From: Ramazzottius varieornatus
Taxonomy: Eukaryota > Animalia > Tardigrada
Length of the DNA stretch: 64,000 nt
NCBI GenBank assembly: GCA_001949185.1
Contig: BDGG01000002.1
Span: 5,322,448-5,386,447, forward strand
Reading direction: 5' to 3'
This document shows, one piece after another, positions 25,985 to 37,622 of this stretch (position 1 is its first letter; every line of letters begins with the position of its first letter). The position numbers and the translations under genes are program-made. The notes under the pieces were generated by a model. That model was not told where the DNA came from. It searched no databases and worked only from the letters and a program-made list of their open reading frames with translations.

Positions 25985-27928
25985 TTAAGAAGGCGGATGG
26001 TGGTCTGCGCAAGCTGACCCGGGAGAAGGCGAATGGTCATTTACCGGGGAGTGCTCGTGAGTCCGCTTCTCCTTTTGTCTTCGGTTGCAGAACCTTCAAC
26101 ACGAATATAAGCAATCAAAAAATGTGCATCGTCAATGCTCTATACAGAAAAACTCTGATGGGAGGTCGGCAAACAATCTAGGGATGATATTTATCTTGAG
26201 TGGCGCGCATTTCCAGTAAATCGAAAAAAGCCTGATGTAACGAATACCCCAAGCTTGTTTGCCGGCCTTCCAGATGCTGACGGATGAAATGGCTCACCAA
26301 ACTCTGACGACTTCCTTCTCGAGCTGTAGGTTATCAGCGAGCAAGGTAATCTCTTGGGCCGTTGGCTTAGGTCTCCGCGTGAAGTGCGACTCGAGAGCGC
26401 CTTTGACGGTAACCTCAATGCTGGTCCGTTTCTTTCGCTTGCGTCCTTGCTGGGATATCTTGTCGATGGCACTGGGTGAGCCATTGGCACTGTCGGCCTC
26501 TTCCAGCCATTTGGCCAAGAGCGGCTTCAGTTTGCACATATTCTTGAAGCTCAACTGTAGGGCTTCAAAGCGGCATATCGTCGTCTGACTGAAGACGTTG
26601 CCGTACAGGGTTCCCAAGGCTAATCCGACATCTGTCGAAATGTGAAAAAACAACTTTTATTATTGATCGTTTTGCCACAGCCCAAGACGTCGCTAATCTT
26701 GACAACGTTCTGCGCGCTCGCGTCAAGGAGCGCAGAGCTTCCGCCTCTCACACTGATCTATCATGTCGAGACGTGCCGCACAAGTCCAAGTTGGACATGC
26801 AAACTCCCATGCGGACGAGACAAAACGAGACGCGGGTGGCAGTTTGGAAAATGCCTTCTTACCTGCTTGGGTGTATCCTGTTTGTCCAAGCCGACATGAA
26901 AGAAACAGAGAGCGTTAGATGGACATAAACTTTGCATATTCGATCGCGTATTCAAAACTCGGGAGTATGAATAATGCAAAGCGCATTTTTGAACAAGGAA
27001 AAGATGCATTTCAATCAAGAGATCATGAAAAGCCGAATGTAGAATTTATTATGACTGGTTTTATGTCCATGACATTCCGAAATATTATCCGAGCTCTGTG
27101 TGTGACTTTCAGAAAGGCTTATTGGGACCCTGGAAAATTGGTGAGGGATGCTGAAGCCCTGTGCTTACCGAGTTTAATTCTCCGTTGTTTGAATTGCTTG
27201 GCGAACTGTTCGAGGTCCGCGGTGGCAAGGACACTGGGACTTCCGTCGCCATTACAGTGCTCCTCTTCACCCGATGATAGCGATCCGTCTGTCCGATTAA
27301 TCAACTCACAGCCTACTAAATTAGGCGAGGTGCTCTCACTGGGATGATGCATAATATTATGGCCATAATTTGCATTTACATAATGGCCTAAAGAAGGCGG
27401 AGAGTTGCATGGCGCAGATGTGGCTTGTTGGTGCAATGACTGATGGCTCTGCTGCGCGGGATGTTGAAGGTAGGCTGCTGCAGTAGCCTGCGGATGATTG
27501 GGATAACAATGTTGCGGAATGTTGACCACATGGGAGATGTGACCAGTTTGCGGGGAATTAGACGAGCTAATATTGGGTGTAGTTGTCGTGGCGGCCACCG
27601 AAGAAAAATTACCGGGCCAGTACTGGGCCGCTGCCAGTGCGTGACCATTACGACCTGCATACATGTCCCCGCCACAATTCGCACCCGACATATTCATTGA
27701 CCATTGTAAACTAGGGTCGTTCATCCAGGGCATGGAGGGATAAGGAGCATAATGATGACCATTAGGATTTTGTTGGGAATGTGAGGAAGATGACAGAAAG
27801 GTGGAGTATTTCATTTCGGGGGTGGGTGAGATGTTGTAATTATTCCGGGTAGAGTTGACGTTGGACATGTAGCCAGTGCCTGCAGGAGATCCGGCCGCCG
27901 AGGCCATAGCATATGTAGAAACCAGCAT
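25985..27928 (-). CDS. vvl: POU class III homeodomain transcription factor (vvl/Cf1a/POU3F-like), 4 coding exons
   Basis: [17 protein letters not shown]|YTQA|[39 protein letters not shown], class III linker [27 protein letters not shown]|[10 protein letters not shown]. The start may be the second Met (27907, MASAAG). Confidence 0.95.
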
Positions 27929-30784
27929 AAATAATAGACCAGGAAGAATTGGATAAAGGCGCGTGTGTTATGATATCGACTGTGGTATGGAAAACAGGCT
28001 GAAGGAGGAAAATCTCCAATGCAAATTCCAACCTTTGGTTAAGGATGGCAAAGTTAGCTCGATCGAGCGATGATGGAGACCACAGCCACAAACCAGACAG
28101 AACCGCTCATTTCAAATGCAAACTGAATATTAAAACATTGTGTTGTTGTATAGTCACAACTTTACACGCCGTCGTATAATAAATACACATATGCTTTATA
28201 TTCGGCCAATATTAAAGGATACACTTTCGCACATTTCGTCGTCAGAGACCTCCTTATACAAGTACGGCAAAAAGTGAATTATCAATGCACCAACCTGTTT
28301 CGCTGTTGAGCCAACAATTCTCACAGTAACTATAGGACCTTTACGAGTAATAGTTTGGCCATCGAGAGCATGCAAGCGAGCGGCATATAAAGTCCGATCG
28401 TATTCTTGGCTACCGATCATTGCCGTTGAGCTCTCTGCCTCACTAACTCGCGCAGCTGTACGGAGCTAGCGTCACAAAAGGCCTCCGTCTGTATGTACTC
28501 CAAAAGCAATGATGGTGTGGTTGCAGCTGCTTAGTTGGATCTAACCGGAAGGAGGAAAACTTGTCTGTATAGTGAAAGAGCATCGTCGAAGCGCCGACTG
28601 ACAGTCCAATCATTGGCCGGCGTTGCGTTCGTCATCATGCCAGACGAATACTCGATATTACTCCTTAATCCAATCATATGTACCAGAAAATAAGGACCAC
28701 CCTTCAACTATGCACCACCCATGGCTTCCACCAGCGTTTCAGTCAGAATGAACTTTAGCAAAGCTAGAGAGATGCGATGGTTCTTGCGGAACAGCTAATT
28801 TCAAAATACACCGCTAGGTACAAACTGCGAGCTCCAGCTGTGTGTGCATAGACGAGCAACATGACATCGATCATCTCTTTCGTGCCACCGAAAAAGTTCA
28901 GCTTAATAACGCTCGTCAGTTTCGACAACGATAAAGGGCCCTTAAAAAAAGTTTCAGCTCCTCATTTGATTTACAGTTCACAGTGGACCCGCTAGAGTCG
29001 ACGCGGTCCTTCGGCTGCAACGTGACGATCTCCTGTTAAAGTCTCATCGAGGCTTCCTGTTCGAGTTTCGAAGAAACTCTCAAGGAAACGCTTGAAAGAG
29101 CGGGAAGTGCGAAGTAAACTGAAAGTAAAGGTTGGTCCCCGTTGAGGGCGCATATTGGTCCATTGGTCAAGAAGGCGCCATCGAGAAGACCATCAGTCCA
29201 GAATGGACCGGATGTCGAAACAGCAAGCATGCGGCAATGAGGGATCCGAACCCTAACCGCGCTGTCTTCCCGACAGGTGAACCGACTTCTTGCGCGAGTT
29301 TGTTGACTTGAAGCAGGATTCTTCCGTCTTTCATATCTTGCCATGACGATCTTTAAGCGTCGGAAAAGCAAGATGTCGAGATGACTTTTAAGGCTCTTCA
29401 TTTACCGCCTTACTATCTGACGATCTGCGAGCCATTCGTAGCTTACAAAATTCCTCCGCTGATGCAATCACTTGTTTTCACGTTCAAAGGATTTAATTAT
29501 CCTTTCACGAGATGTACGTAATGTTCTTCGTATCGCTCGAATCTGAATGCACGGCTGGAAGGACGGTTTAGAGTACTCGACACGGAAATAATTCTGTCGA
29601 CGAGTGATCACGATATACCGAAATGTATTCTGGTACCGGTATCTTAATCATCGAAATGATCAGCAATAAAGCGCCTGAAAACAAATAAATTAGCCGGGAA
29701 CAACGGCGGCTTCAAAGTCGCACGAACTCCATCAAAGGCCACTGGGGCTTGACAAGAGCCACTAATTAATGTCTACAAGCTATGTGCCACGTCGTTCGCC
29801 GGAAAGAAAGACGCCGCGAATATCAGTCAGATATCTGCGAGCGCGCTGGCCGCCATTCGGGATTTACTTCGATGGCGATGCGGCAATAGAACACAGCCGC
29901 ACTCGAACAGAGAGTGTAACACGCTTTAATGAAATTCCGACTTTGAGCGATGAATGATAGTTTAAGTGGTACTTTGGATGTTATCACTGCATACCGGCGA
30001 GAGCGCCTAATTAATTGCTGGGCTGATGTGGACAATCTCGCTTCGTTCAGCCAGAGGTTCGGCCACAGTGGGTCTTCACCGGCCATGCACTGCTCCATAC
30101 CGCAAAAACATCTCGACAGCTGTTTTATCCAATTCAAAACATAGATCATGATAAAAAATTTCACCGTTACGGCAACTGGATCAGCAACTGTAGCGTTTAC
30201 TCGGATGTGTGATTAAGAGTTTTACATGTGGTGCCACCTGTATGATCATATGTATAAACCTTACCCAAAATAGAATCCACACAGGATTACTGCTAATTAA
30301 CTTGGAGAAAGCAGACAAAGGTTCAAGAGTCTGGTTTACAGCCAAACACAGAAAAGGCGACAAAATGTTTGTTTCACACCGGGAGTTCATTCTTTACCTG
30401 ACATTAGTGGGAAGCCAGTTTTCATTGAAGGTTGCGTGCAGCGCACTGATGAAACCGTCAAGTTTCTTATCACGAAGGCAACACCGCCACGGATTTCCAT
30501 CTCATTAAGGTTCCACGTAGTCAAAAGACTTACCAAAGCAATCATCCGTCTTTAGCAACTGCCACAAACTTTTGACATTATTGCACGAGGATTTATCTGT
30601 TTACGTGAGGCCAGTTAATTTGTATGCACGTTTGAATCTGAGTTGGGAGCCTGACGTAGAAAGGCCCGTTTGTGACAGACATTGCAAGCCATCGATAGTT
30701 TTTGACATATACTGTTTGGCAAAAGATTTGACATCAGGAACTGGAAGCATGAAAACAACCAGCCTCAACGAAGTCTTCGTCCTA

Positions 30785-31304
30785 AGCTCTGTTTCATCTA
30801 CCGATGGGTGGTACTTTTAGCATCCTGGCAACCAAGCCATCCAATATTTTTTATGGATTCTTTTACGGCCATAGCTCTTAGTTCGCGAGGCGGGTCAACT
30901 TGGCCGTTTTAGAAAGTTAAGATCAGCTCTTGATCATCCCGCTACGGGCGAAGATCAACTGATATGATCTCTGATCCCCAGTATGTACGATCCTCCACAC
31001 AGTCGTACGCGTGAATTCATCCCGGGTANNNNNNNNNNNNNNNNNNNNNNNNNNNNNNNNNNNNNNNNNNNNNNNNNNTCACGCGTACGACTGTGTGGAG
31101 GATCGTACATACTGAGGATCAGAGATCCTATCAGTTGATCTTCCTCGTAGCGGGATGATCAAGAGCTGATCTTAACTTTTTAAAACGGCCAAGTTGACCC
31201 GCCTCGCGAACTGAAATCTATGGCCGTAAAATAATCCATAAAAAATGTTGGATGGGTTGGCCAGGAGGCTAAAAGTACCACCCATCGGTAGATGAAACAG
31301 AGCT
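30785..31304. mobile_element. Foldback/MITE-like element with ~230-bp inverted arms around an assembly gap
   Basis: 30785-31014 is the imperfect reverse complement of 31079-31304 (scattered substitutions and indels); TA on both flanks. Confidence 0.65.
31029..31078. other. Assembly gap (50 N)
   Basis: Run of n. Confidence 1.
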
Positions 31305-33841
31305 TAGTTTCAACATGTTTGGTCGAACAATCGTTGTTCCACTGGCCATAAAGCAAGCTGGCGACTCTGCAAACGTTTGAACTCAATCATCGTAGAAAAG
31401 CTTATCGATATTTTTTCCGAAAAAGGTGGCGACAATGGAAAACAACCCGGGAAGCCGAAAATTTCAAAGGATCAAGCTAATTGAATGTCACAAACGACGA
31501 CGATTGATGGTCGGATGACGAGTATCAAAGTTATGATGGCACAGTCAAACATGACCGCGGGAGCACCCCTGCTGTTTTTCAGAGCGAGCGACCTGAAAGG
31601 TTTGCCTGTATGAAACAATGGACGAACTTGAAGTAGCGCCGTGCAGCAAAAAACGCCATTGTAAGCGGAGAATAATGGAGACGGCTCCTTCTCAGTTTGA
31701 AGAAATGGTGAGCAGGTTTTCGCAGCTCGGCCGGGCCAACCGGGGCCTTTCCACGTCGCACCGACCTCGCTCTTCCGGTCATCTGAATCGATACCGTACA
31801 TCTCGGACGATAAGATAACATGCTATAAGTACACAGGAAAATCAAAGTTGCGACCTCACAGAGAGACGATATACAGGATTATGTGAGGCTATGTCTTAGA
31901 GCTTTGCTTCTGCTTAACGTCGGTTTGGGTTCTTGGTCTTCCAGATGTCTTGAAACTAAGAGAGATTGCATGCCAATGCCTTTCACACTCAGACTGTACG
32001 ATTCCCAACCGCAGATGGCGTTGTCGGTGTCCCGTCATGCCCGTGTCATATGCAAACGGCGTTGTCATCAAGAGCCTTTGGCAAGAGGTTCTTTCATGAT
32101 CATGTTGCAGATTGATATATGGATGAACGTTTCTGATATAAAGCAATTCTTAGATAGATATACGTAAAGGGTTTCCATCGCCGTCTGTGCGCCATCTTGA
32201 AAACGTCCGCTAGCCGAACTCCACGAGCTGTCAGCCCGCATACTGTACAGTACCTTGATCCAGAATTTGATCATGATCCAGAGAACACCCGATGAAACTG
32301 CATGTAGTCAATCGAGATGGTGGGGTGGCTGTCGAAACCGGGACATCAACGAAAATGCACCGCCCATCGTGACTGATCCACGGCAAAGACTACAGTAGAT
32401 GAACCGTGGAATACCGGCACGGCGTCATCTCACCGCATAGTTCCGTGAGACATGATCCATCGGTAGCCCGCAACACCGACTTGCGGAAGCCTACAAGATC
32501 CCAGTGCAGTATCAGAGTCTAGGCACGCCGCACTCCCAGCTCCTAAAGACACGCCGCGATCGGATCACTTCCGGCGACCATCTAATCCACTCTGCCTGCA
32601 GACACTTGCAAATGTCCCCCCATACATAACGATGGGACCAAAACTTCGCCATTTCTTTCTCACGTGATTAGAAATTTTTACGAGTACTGCTGAAAGGTGA
32701 CATAGCTTTACAGATTTTTTTCGACACAGCGACACCGTTTTGAGGAGAGGAAGTAGAACAAGACCACAGTACACTGAACAAGTTCAACTTTCTCTTTACA
32801 ATTACACAGTCGCGATAAATGTTCAAGACGTCTGTGTAATTAGAAAGCCATAACACTGCCAGATGACTTGTCACATCCGATAACAATACGATAAAAAAGA
32901 TTCAAGTGTCCACTCAAATAAAAGTCATCTGCAGGAAATGGTCCACGTTCATTTCGGGTTCCATCCTATCAACATCGTTTCACCATCCATCGTCCTTATC
33001 ATTCCACACCGTCCATTTGTTTCTTTGGTAGCATTCTTCGAAGTAGTTTCAAGAGGCAACGTTGAAGAAATGCTTCGTTGGTTTCTTTCCATCAAATTTC
33101 CTTCCGCGTTCCAAGTCTTTCACGTTCATACCCAAATGTCTTTCCCGAACCACGATTCTCAGCATCACAGGTAAGCTTAGCGAGGAGTGTAGCCACAGCG
33201 AGCGAGCACCAGGTTCATGTTTCTCTTCTCTCTTTGTGTGTATGTGTGTGTGTGTGCCGTGTCGTCATTCGCAGATCCCAACAAATCACACTGGTCAAAA
33301 ATTAACACCAACTATCCAAATCTCAAAACGGAAAGCCCTGCTGTCCAGAATACAAGCAAGCCAGCCCCCAACTTGACAAGTTAAGTGAGGCTTCAGAAAA
33401 CATCGGATGAAAGAGTTAAAGCACAAAATGACGCGCACAAGCGTGCAAAGGAAGGAGATCAGTTTCACCGCTGTAGACTGGAGAGCCAACACCGCAGCTT
33501 CCCCTAGACTACAGGTCGGCAAGATACATGTGCAGAATCAGCAGCAAGAATAGCTAGATCAGCAGGTCCGACTAATCGTTTAAAACCAGAAGACACACAT
33601 ATGCTTTGAATAAAAGCCCTAAACGTCACCGTAGTGTAGTAAAATCTTTGCGCCAGTCGTGAAAACTAATGTCTGTCAGCATCACATGGAAGCAGTATCC
33701 TTTGGCCGATGTATACGTAAATCTTGGAAAAGTCAAATGATGAAAAACATCCGTCCGCGACACAAGAACCCATCCAACCTGAAACAATAGACTTCTGAAA
33801 ACATTTCGTGAAAAACAGTTGGGACGTGGGCAACCGAACTG

Positions 33842-33922
33842 AACTAAATCGCCTACTCAAGTGGCGCACAGTTTTATTGTTACTGGCTGAAAACGCCCGC
33901 TAGTTGCGAAAACGATGTGGTT
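33842..33922. mobile_element. ~75-bp palindromic element family
   Basis: ctcaagtggcgcaca-gttttattgttactggctgaaaa-degenerate arm ending gaaaacgat. Confidence 0.6.
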
Positions 33923-34022
33923 GCATTCTGGTTGCCCACGTTTCAGTTTTCGGACCGGAAAACCTTAAGTTTGCAAGAACAGTCAGAACCAAAGCGAATC
34001 GACGAACCTCCAACTTGCGAGT

Positions 34023-34886
34023 TCACGATCTCTTTGACCTGTCTTCAGCCGCACCAGGCTTCTGATCCTTCATCACAGTGTCGTAGGTCGGAGGAGCTTC
34101 GCTAAAGGACTGGCTAACGACCACGTTTCTTGCCAAGGACTCGCGTAAGCGTGCCGGAGACTCGCGTAATGTCTTGGACTTTGCCCTGTTGTGCCCTTCA
34201 CTGCCCTCAGCACACAGGTCGTTGGAGCAGCTTGAAGATCGACCTTTGCACTTGGTGTCCTTCATCCGTCTGGCACTTGGTCGTGACGTTGCTGTCGCCA
34301 CGAAACCCACCAATGACTTCACCACCTGAAAAAAACATCTCAGTAACACTGATTTTGCATTATCGAATTCATCATATCTGGGAGACGGGAAAATGGAATG
34401 TACAAGACGGTTATCCTGAGTGGCGCGCCCTTCCAGTCAATCATAATCGGAACGTGCGCCACTCTAGACAATGACCTTGCACCTGTGTGTGACGTGTTTT
34501 AATACAGTATCAGAAACTTTTTTTGAGAATGATGTTTTCTTCAGTGATATGCAAGATAAGGACTGCCTTACTTCTTTGATTTTGCTGCTTTTGGAGGAAG
34601 ACGTTGAATCACTCGAGCCCTTCTTTGGGGGAACGGCAGTACTTCCGGCTTGAGATCGGTAGGGTGGCGGCATCTGACAGGCTTCGAAAGCGTCGCCCAG
34701 ACAGCGATGACCATGAGCAAAGTAGTTTTCGCAGACGTTATAGTCGACGGTGCGGTTCGGTGGCGCCTCGATTGTGTTGCTCATGTTGACAGTCCGTAAC
34801 CGGAAATTAGTGTATTCCTCAAAGCGCGCAGGCGGTAGACCGCGCTCTTCACCGTCTAACAAACGTATCGTACACGGAACATCCAT
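34023..34886 (-). CDS. Orphan two-exon protein (~205 aa) with two PPxY motifs
   Basis: ATG at 34886; a phase-0 GT-AG intron (34326-34571) joins two open frames; upstream polypyrimidine acceptor at ~34921; PPPY and PPTY motifs. Confidence 0.5.
34403..34479. mobile_element. ~75-bp palindromic element family (orphan gene intron)
   Basis: gttatcctgagtggcgcg-loop-cgtgcgccactctagacaatg. Confidence 0.6.
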
Positions 34887-37507
34887 TTTCTGAGCCTTTA
34901 CGCCACTTTGTCCAGTTCGCCTGTAGATACAGAAGAAAAATAGAAAATTATTGTAAAGTAGAAAATTCCTTCCAGCAGTATTCGATGAAGTCTCATGATC
35001 AGGTGATAGGTATACAAAGACTGATTTATGGTTGTACGGCCAGTGGCGGTGGTGCGTTACAAGAGAAGTTCGAAAGGTGCGCCGGGTAATTTGTGTTGAC
35101 TTATCTCGGTGTGGTGCTTGCCTGACTCGGCTAGGAACGTCATAATTTATGACTGGTAATTTTCTGCATATCAATGGAAAAGCGAGGCAAGCCACCACTC
35201 GCTAATCACACATTGCTCCTTCCCTTTAGAATTTTGATTGCGAATTTGACCGATATAAAGACCCATTAAACATAATATCCAATCGGTCAAAGAAAGAGCT
35301 CCAACTACCAAAGTGTATAATTTTCAACAGCCCCATCATTACAGTACAAGCCTGTATCTATCAAAACTTTCATCAAACGTGTTTCACCTCACTGTATCAC
35401 GCTCAATACTGTATCCTGCATTTACCGATCATACTTTCCTTCAATGACAACACTAACGCATGACAAAAAGACAGCGAAAGAACCTACGGTGTTCGTAAGC
35501 TCTGATGAGCATGTCCCATTCTTCTTTGTCCTTCGGCTCCTCGACTTGTCAAACCGCTTCGAACGGCCGACGACAAGCCCGTCGAAGCATTCAAGATGGG
35601 TAGATACCTCTTGTCATCATCAGATGACTCGCTGGTTCTCGTCTCGGAGGTGAGTGAGTTCACCGAGGAGGTCGCCGCGAACGGAAACGATGAGTTTGAT
35701 GTGGAAGCACTGGACAAGCTGGGAGAGACCGACGAAGACTCGGAGATGGTCGAGCTGCCTTCGCCAGCCATGTCCGACTGTAAGTCCATGGAAGGCTCTA
35801 CATAGCAAGACCAATGAGAGTATTCGTAGATGCATCACCGGAATATCAGACATATGCCGAAATATGAACGTCCTCTAGCTGGATACACGAAGCTTCAAAT
35901 GCCTTTTTGAACATTACGAAACGGTTCATATGACTATCAGGACTTGACGTACCAGCATGAGAGAGCAAGAGATGTGGCTGAAAATGGGATGAGGGTTGGT
36001 CGGCCATTTGGCTGTAGTCAAGTCAGTCAGGATGAGCGGTGCATGTTGATGGATGTCCTGCGGCTTTGATGATGACAGGCAGTTGGTCCACTCGCCAATG
36101 TGGCAGCGGCTGCAGTAACAGCTCTTGGTCCAGCCGTCGATACCAACCTCGATCGACTGCAAACTTCCATCGGCAGAGACTTCTTGTGCTTCTTCAAGTT
36201 CAAATGCTGTAAATGCTAGTTAGCACTGCCAGCGCCAAATAGTCTGTCACTTGTCGCCTCGCTCTACAGCCGAGAAGTTATTTCCGATGGCGCTTACAAT
36301 AATTAACTGGAAGAAGATGGAGCGAATATCTTTCGCGCCACACATATGCAACGGGCTCTTCCTTCAGCTTCAGTCCCGCAGATCAGCCTGCAACACATCA
36401 ATATGAGCTCTTGTTAATATTCCATGCCGCCGCCACGAGTTGGTCGGAGACCTCCGAAATCCAGCGTGTGATGCGTCGACAACGGAAGGAAATCACTCTG
36501 CGCGGCTGGCACTATGCATGCACCCATGGGTTCTACGAAATAAACCCCACAAGCCACAGACATGCACGCATAGATGACGTATGAAGCAGCCAGCCTTTAA
36601 AGTTTACCCATGAACGGATCCGGAAGGACATTCGATATATCGAGCTGAGTAATGCTCATAATGCCAGTGTTAGACCAGACAAGACGGCGAAAGCGCTTGA
36701 ACGATCGACGAGCCTTTCCACGTAAGCAAACATTCAACAGCTCGCTCGAGTCTACAAGCTCTACTCTAGCTGCACTAAGCACCCGCCAATGTTTACAGCC
36801 AAAGCATATAACCAGACATGTAACACAAAGAAAAGGCCCTTTCACCCCGGTAGGAGATACCATTTTCTCCATTTATCCGCGCAAACATACCTCGGCCACT
36901 TTTTCCAGCACAGAAACACACTCACCTACGCTGACACATTTTCTAGTACAGTACTTTGGGTACTTCCCCACCTACATCAGCTCGTATTTCAACAGCTCAG
37001 CATCAAGTACCTCGACCATACAGCACAGTATATGTTGCCGATGTCAAAGGTGATCTAGGTTGTCAAAGATAAGTGATAACTGGGTATATAATCGCGTTAA
37101 CGCATGCAACAGAAAGAAGATGCTCAACACAAGCGCCGACAAGCAGAGAAAGAGTTCCGGACTGTACCCGAGATCGCGTTGTCTGCTACCCAGACAGTGT
37201 AGCGCGAATACAAGAAGCAAGTTATACAGTCATCGTTACCTTCGCAAGTCTTGTTCATACAGCACGATATCACAAAATAGACATTGAACACTCCGTCTCG
37301 ACAGACTCTAGCCTCAGCTTATTATTCAATCGATAATGAACGACTACAATCTCAAAGGCGGCATGTGCCAAGTTGACTTCTGATCACCGCGTTCTTCCTC
37401 CGGTTTGACGATCAAAATACGCAACACATAACACATAGAACCCAAGAAAAAAATCATCAATAAAAACACGTGAAGGGTTTGCCGAACTCGGAACCCTTTT
37501 TCGGAAG

Positions 37508-37622
37508 ACTGAATGTGGGACTCTTCGATCTATGAAACTGAATGTGGGACTGTTCGATCTATGAAACTGAATGTGGGACTGTTCGATCTATGACAGCTGA
37601 ATGTGGAACTATTCGATCTATG
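37508..37622. repeat. Minisatellite, 4 x ~29 bp (actgaatgtgggactgttcgatctatgaa)
   Basis: Direct tandem copies visible, with few substitutions. Confidence 0.9.

Noticed and set aside
25910-25987. Stop-codon readthrough of the POU3 gene, as described for Drosophila vvl/drifter
   Set aside because: The stop is UAA-U and only ~22 codons precede the next stop; there is no long open extension.
31000-31030. Cluster of restriction sites (BsiWI, MluI, EcoRI, SmaI) as vector or linker contamination
   Set aside because: Part of it is mirrored in the opposite arm of the diverged foldback, and no known vector was recognised. It cannot be fully excluded without a UniVec search.
37508-37622. CRISPR-like array of 29-bp repeats
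   Set aside because: The repeats are directly adjacent with no unique spacers, there are no cas genes, and the context is eukaryotic.
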